This document shows positions 60,049-64,000 of a stretch of DNA of 64,000 nt, piece after piece (position 1 is the stretch's first letter; each line of letters begins with the position of its first letter). The translations under genes were made by a program, and so were the position numbers. A model generated the notes under the pieces. The model was not told the DNA's origin. It saw only the letters and a program-made list of their open reading frames with translations, and searched no databases. This DNA is from a virus (Duplodnaviria; Caudoviricetes): positions 64,001 through 128,000 of IMG/VR virus record IMGVR_UViG_3300029305_004678. One strand, 5' to 3'.

Positions 60049-60669
60049 TTACTTTGCCTTCTTGGCCTTCTTAACTGCCTTCTTCTTGGCAACGACCATA
60101 GCGACATCGCCAGACTGCAGTTCCTTAGCAACCTTACGAGCCTTGCCAAGCTTCTTGGCAGCCTCGCACTCCTCAGGAGCCTTACCACACTTAGCTTCCA
60201 GCAGAGCCATCTCAGCCAGGAAACGGAAGTTCTCAGCGCTAATAACAACAGCGACCTGATCAGCCTCAACGCCATTACGATTTGCGATATCCTCGATAAC
60301 GTTAGCGGCATGGGGCTCATGAGCTTCAACAGCCTCGGGAGCGGGAGCTTCACCAGGTTCGACCTCTTCAGCTTCAGCAGCCAGCTTCTCGCCCTCATTC
60401 TCCATAACAGCGATAACAGACTCCAGAGTAATCAGATACTTGGCCTTACCATAAGTATTGGTAGACTCCAGCATAGCAACAGCTTCAGCAACAACGGGAA
60501 CACCACCATTAGTGGTCTTATCTTCATCCTTGACCTCTTCGATATTATTGGTCAGAATGTCTTCCATATCATCAATGACTTCCTTAACCTCGTCACTGAC
60601 CTTGGGATCCAGCAAATCCGCAGCAGCAGCCTCAGACAGCAGCTTGCGGGGATGGGTAGAAAACAACAT
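60049..60669 (-). CDS. Probably abundant late/virion protein with acidic body and basic tail
   Basis: Late promoter at 60731-60743; strong codon bias; ends KKKAVKKAKKAK. Confidence 0.7.
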   Translation of the reverse strand: MLFSTHPRKLLSEAAAADLLDPKVSDEVKEVIDDMEDILTNNIEEVKDEDKTTNGGVPVVAEAVAMLESTNTYGKAKYLITLESVIAVMENEGEKLAAEAEEVEPGEAPAPEAVEAHEPHAANVIEDIANRNGVEADQVAVVISAENFRFLAEMALLEAKCGKAPEECEAAKKLGKARKVAKELQSGDVAMVVAKKKAVKKAKKAK

Positions 60670-60797
60670 TTCTATTTCCTCCTTATATTTTTGGTTATGA
60701 ATTGATCAATTCCGAAAATTGTATGGAATTTTATTTATATGTTGTAGTTAAAAACTATTTAAATCGACCATATAATGGACGATTTATGATAAAATGA

Positions 60798-61538
60798 TTA
60801 ATTTTGGGCGTTCTTTTCATCAAATATTTCTTTTATACGGCCTTTTACCATACCTATAATATCTTCTGTCTTTGGCATATTATATGCTCCGGACATATCC
60901 ATATAAATATAATTAGTAGACAGAAGTGTTTTAGCATCATCGCTATTATATACTTCTGTAGCTTTTTCAATATGCTCCAACACCTCTATCTGTTCTGGGA
61001 GCATATAGGGCTGATATCTAGATACAAACTCTTTATAGTATCCTAAAACAGCAGTTGTAGGAACAAATAAATATTGGGCATGAACTAACTGATGAACAGT
61101 TTCTGCAAGAGGAATAAGGCCTACCATTAAATTATAATGAAGATACATTACTTCCTTTGCTACATACTCTTCATCAAGAGGTTCATTGAATGCAACTCTC
61201 TTATTGTAGACAATAATACAAATATCATACAAACTAAGAGGCTCGTGATGTATCTCGATATGAATTTTAGTACTATCTATATTATTCACATTGGAGTAGA
61301 AAGCGCATTGATTCATATCCATATACTCTCTTAAGTAGCTTACCATAGCTTTATACTCGAATGATGTGCGTACACATTTCTCTATGGCTTGCATATATTT
61401 TTTAAAAGATTTTTCATCATTAAGATCAAAGTCATAAAGGTTATATTCTGGAATATCCCGCATTTCTATAACTGCAGGTGGTGCTTCCAACTCATACCCT
61501 TTTACAATACTATCGGGATCTCTCACAAAAATCACCAT
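60798..61538 (-). CDS. HNH-like protein, paralog of 52715-53380
   Basis: QCAFYS...IEIHH...LAETVHQLVH; late promoter at 61542-61554. Confidence 0.6.
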   Translation of the reverse strand: MVIFVRDPDSIVKGYELEAPPAVIEMRDIPEYNLYDFDLNDEKSFKKYMQAIEKCVRTSFEYKAMVSYLREYMDMNQCAFYSNVNNIDSTKIHIEIHHEPLSLYDICIIVYNKRVAFNEPLDEEYVAKEVMYLHYNLMVGLIPLAETVHQLVHAQYLFVPTTAVLGYYKEFVSRYQPYMLPEQIEVLEHIEKATEVYNSDDAKTLLSTNYIYMDMSGAYNMPKTEDIIGMVKGRIKEIFDEKNAQN

Positions 61539-61614
61539 CCTTTAATCCTATGTTAACCTAAATCAAGCAACTGAGAAAGGTAGGAAGAATTTAATCTTCC
61601 TACCTTTATAATGT

Positions 61615-63009
61615 TTAGGTTGCAGACTGAAGTCCACCAGCAGCCGCTTCTGCTTCCATCTCTTTATCGAGACCGGCAGCCTTAATATAATCCTCCTCAG
61701 TAATATCAACAACCTCTTCAGCAGTCTCGAGATCACCGAGATAGAATGCAATATTGTGAGCGCACAGTAGCTTCGGCTTAATATACTCCTGACAGGCTTC
61801 CTTGGAGGTAAAAGGAGATACAGATCTCCACCAGTCACCAATCTTTGTAGCATAGAAACGAATCTCAGCCTGAGCTGCAGAGTCTTCTCTCAAGTCAAGG
61901 AACTTAAGCAAGCTCTTGAATGTGAATGTCATATAAATCTTCCGACAGATGGTATTATTGGGCAGATATGCTCGGGCATCTTCACGCTTCAGGGCATAAT
62001 TATTACCAGTAATAGCCGGATTATTCAGCTGCTCATATACAGAACCCATAGCTTCACCAATCTCCTGAAGTGTCAAGTGCATAAGGGGACTAGAAGAGCC
62101 AAAACGAACAGCATACTTATGAGTATCGTCATATTTAGATACATACTTAGCAGGAGAATTAAAAGCACTCTTAGAATAATCTACATAGCGCTGAGACTCC
62201 TGAGTGATGCCGTTTCTATGACGGCATAGCTGCTGAGTGATAATACGGCTCATATTCTTGAAGTTGATTGTAATACTCAAGAAGGGAAGCAGATCATAGA
62301 CCTTCAGCATGGGGACAATTTCTGGATCGATAGCCCAAATCTTTTCAACTAGCTTATTCATAGAATCCATAGATACAACATCGAACTGATCACAAGATTC
62401 TACGTTAAGAGTAGAAATAACATCAGCTTCATTGATCATAGGATCGACATTCATAAATCCATCGATATCAATCAAGCCAAGCTTACCAATATCTGCAAAT
62501 GCTGCAGAATTAGAATATACCTTCAGTATACCTGTAATGGCTTTAAGAATTACATTATTGAGATCACTAGTTTCTCTATAGAGATCTGAGTAGCCTCTCA
62601 GAGAACCACCAATCAGCAGATGGAATCCATCGCCATTCTTAGTAGTATGAGACCAAGTACTCAAATAATCACACTCCGTTAAGAATGTAACAAGATCTTC
62701 TATGTAATTCATAGGGACGCGGAAATAGGTAACAAAATTGGAATGCTCCATGACAGAAGTATGACCAACACGAACACGCTTAGCAACATATTCTGCCTTA
62801 TCAGCATACTCTTCAGGAATGGGCTTATCCCAACAGCATGCAGAAGTCTCTGCACAAATTCTCATTGCATCATTCATAGCAACAAATGCAGCATAAATAC
62901 TACCATTCTTTACAGTAGATTCAGCATTAGCTTTTTTGCTACTGACACTTGTTTTGATCTTACCAAGAAGACCAGTATCAACCAACGGATTAGTTTCTTT
63001 TTTAGCCAT
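61615..63009 (-). CDS. thyX: FAD-dependent thymidylate synthase with a large insertion
   Basis: GHTSVMEH; SRIITQQLCRHRNGITQESQRYV; REDARAYLP; FLDLR...AQAEIR. Confidence 0.9.
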   Translation of the reverse strand: MAKKETNPLVDTGLLGKIKTSVSSKKANAESTVKNGSIYAAFVAMNDAMRICAETSACCWDKPIPEEYADKAEYVAKRVRVGHTSVMEHSNFVTYFRVPMNYIEDLVTFLTECDYLSTWSHTTKNGDGFHLLIGGSLRGYSDLYRETSDLNNVILKAITGILKVYSNSAAFADIGKLGLIDIDGFMNVDPMINEADVISTLNVESCDQFDVVSMDSMNKLVEKIWAIDPEIVPMLKVYDLLPFLSITINFKNMSRIITQQLCRHRNGITQESQRYVDYSKSAFNSPAKYVSKYDDTHKYAVRFGSSSPLMHLTLQEIGEAMGSVYEQLNNPAITGNNYALKREDARAYLPNNTICRKIYMTFTFKSLLKFLDLREDSAAQAEIRFYATKIGDWWRSVSPFTSKEACQEYIKPKLLCAHNIAFYLGDLETAEEVVDITEEDYIKAAGLDKEMEAEAAAGGLQSAT

Positions 63010-63199
63010 TTTCATTTTCCTCCATTAAACAAACTTGCCAATTTACATATAAACAATTTCTAAACCAAATAAGAAAATTGCCTTTATACTTATCAAAAGG
63101 ATAGTTTTTTATGAATCTAATAACCTCTGGAATATATTTCCATGGTCTATTATACCATAATTCTTTTAAATAGTTGTGTTTATACTTTCTTTTATTCAT
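63002..63199 (-). CDS. Small hypothetical protein
   Basis: AGGAGG RBS; overlaps the thyX start. Confidence 0.55.
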   Translation of the reverse strand: MNKRKYKHNYLKELWYNRPWKYIPEVIRFIKNYPFDKYKGNFLIWFRNCLYVNWQVCLMEENENG

Positions 63200-63227
63200 C
63201 CATCTTCACCTCCTAAAAATCTGATGA

Positions 63228-63998
63228 TCATGAATTTGGTTTCGGTGACATATCGATATTATATCCACATTCCCTCATATCAATAGCCTTTTGAACTCCA
63301 TCAAGAACATCTTTAAAGATATCTTCTTTTGAACGAATATTAAGATTTTCATCTAAACATTCTATGATTACTGGGATGATGTCACAATCTTCAAGAATAT
63401 GAGATTTGAAGAATTTATTTGTTCTATCCCATACTGTAGCCATAAAATCAACATCAGATTCATTAAAATCCTTACCAGATTTATTGTTTAAAATATTGAG
63501 ATATGTTTGTCTATCTCTCATTCTAAACCACACCAGTATCGTAGGTAATGGATTACCAAACTTCTCTTTCTCTTTAATAATATCATCTCTTGTAATACAT
63601 TCTCCATTATCCGGATTATAAATAGCATTTGAGAGAGAATATCTATCAAATACGAAGCATGCAGAAGGAATTCTGCGAATATCAAGATTTGTCAGTTGAA
63701 TATTTCTATATGGATAAAATTGATTCCAGAAATGAAGTCTATCTATGGAATAAAAAGAGCATACTGCATCGCTGTAGTTAGCTCTAAGTCTTGCAGAATT
63801 AATTTTATTGTCTAGATATTCTTTCACCATAAAACAAGAAGATTCATTATATCTAGGAAATGATGCCGTTATAAGGCCTTGTTTACTTTCTTTAGGGTAT
63901 GTACACTTTAAGTAATCTACAAATCGTTTAAAGTTTGTCTCTTTAAAGGAACAATCGAGTCCTTCAAACGCTATAATTTCTCCTCTCGGAAATTGCAT
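63228..63998 (-). CDS. tmk: Thymidylate (dNMP) kinase
   Basis: IIAFEGLDCSFKET, SFPRY, FYSIDR, FDRYSLSN; upstream of thyX. Confidence 0.8.
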   Translation of the reverse strand: MQFPRGEIIAFEGLDCSFKETNFKRFVDYLKCTYPKESKQGLITASFPRYNESSCFMVKEYLDNKINSARLRANYSDAVCSFYSIDRLHFWNQFYPYRNIQLTNLDIRRIPSACFVFDRYSLSNAIYNPDNGECITRDDIIKEKEKFGNPLPTILVWFRMRDRQTYLNILNNKSGKDFNESDVDFMATVWDRTNKFFKSHILEDCDIIPVIIECLDENLNIRSKEDIFKDVLDGVQKAIDMRECGYNIDMSPKPNS

Positions 63999-64000
63999 AT

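Noticed and set aside
60036-60705. Overlapping alternative-frame ORFs around 60049-60669
   Set aside because: By-products of strong codon bias; only 60049-60669 has an RBS and late promoter
62280-62740. Intein in ThyX
   Set aside because: No Cys/Ser start with His-Asn end and no LAGLIDADG motifs
1-64000. Stop-codon reassignment as in some gut jumbo phages
   Set aside because: Long genes are intact under code 11 and TAA, TAG and TGA all end genes

Overview
An AT-rich 64-kb segment of a jumbo bacteriophage of the phiKZ/AR9(PBS1)-like supergroup, probably infecting a Firmicute (Clostridia-type lysins, holin and XkdX genes; strong GGAGG RBSs). Most genes are on the minus strand. The window holds a ~3,660-aa tape-measure/tail lysin, three subunits of a phage multisubunit RNA polymerase (beta, beta'-N with the DFDGD active site, beta'-C), lysis genes, duplicated tail-fibre/chaperone/XkdX cassettes, baseplate-type structural genes, tandem GNAT acetyltransferases, sigma4-alphaCTD fusion proteins, a protein kinase-like gene, a PolB-like fragment, RNase H, ThyX and dTMP kinase. 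The beta'-N gene, fragmented in the ORF track, can be rebuilt as a 501-aa protein from 5 exons split by four group I introns, one exon being only 25 nt. None of the introns has a homing endonuclease. Intron 2 instead carries a 42-aa hydrophobic peptide ORF in P5, a coupled 91/104-aa ORF in P6a and an antisense sigmaA-consensus promoter, which resembles a toxin-antitoxin module embedded in a ribozyme; this is the best candidate for an undescribed system. Also present: a ~750-nt densely structured non-coding locus, a recurring AR9-like late promoter (AACA-N6-TAA) and a family of late proteins sharing a C-terminal tag. Protein assignments come from motif recognition by eye; no database searches were run.
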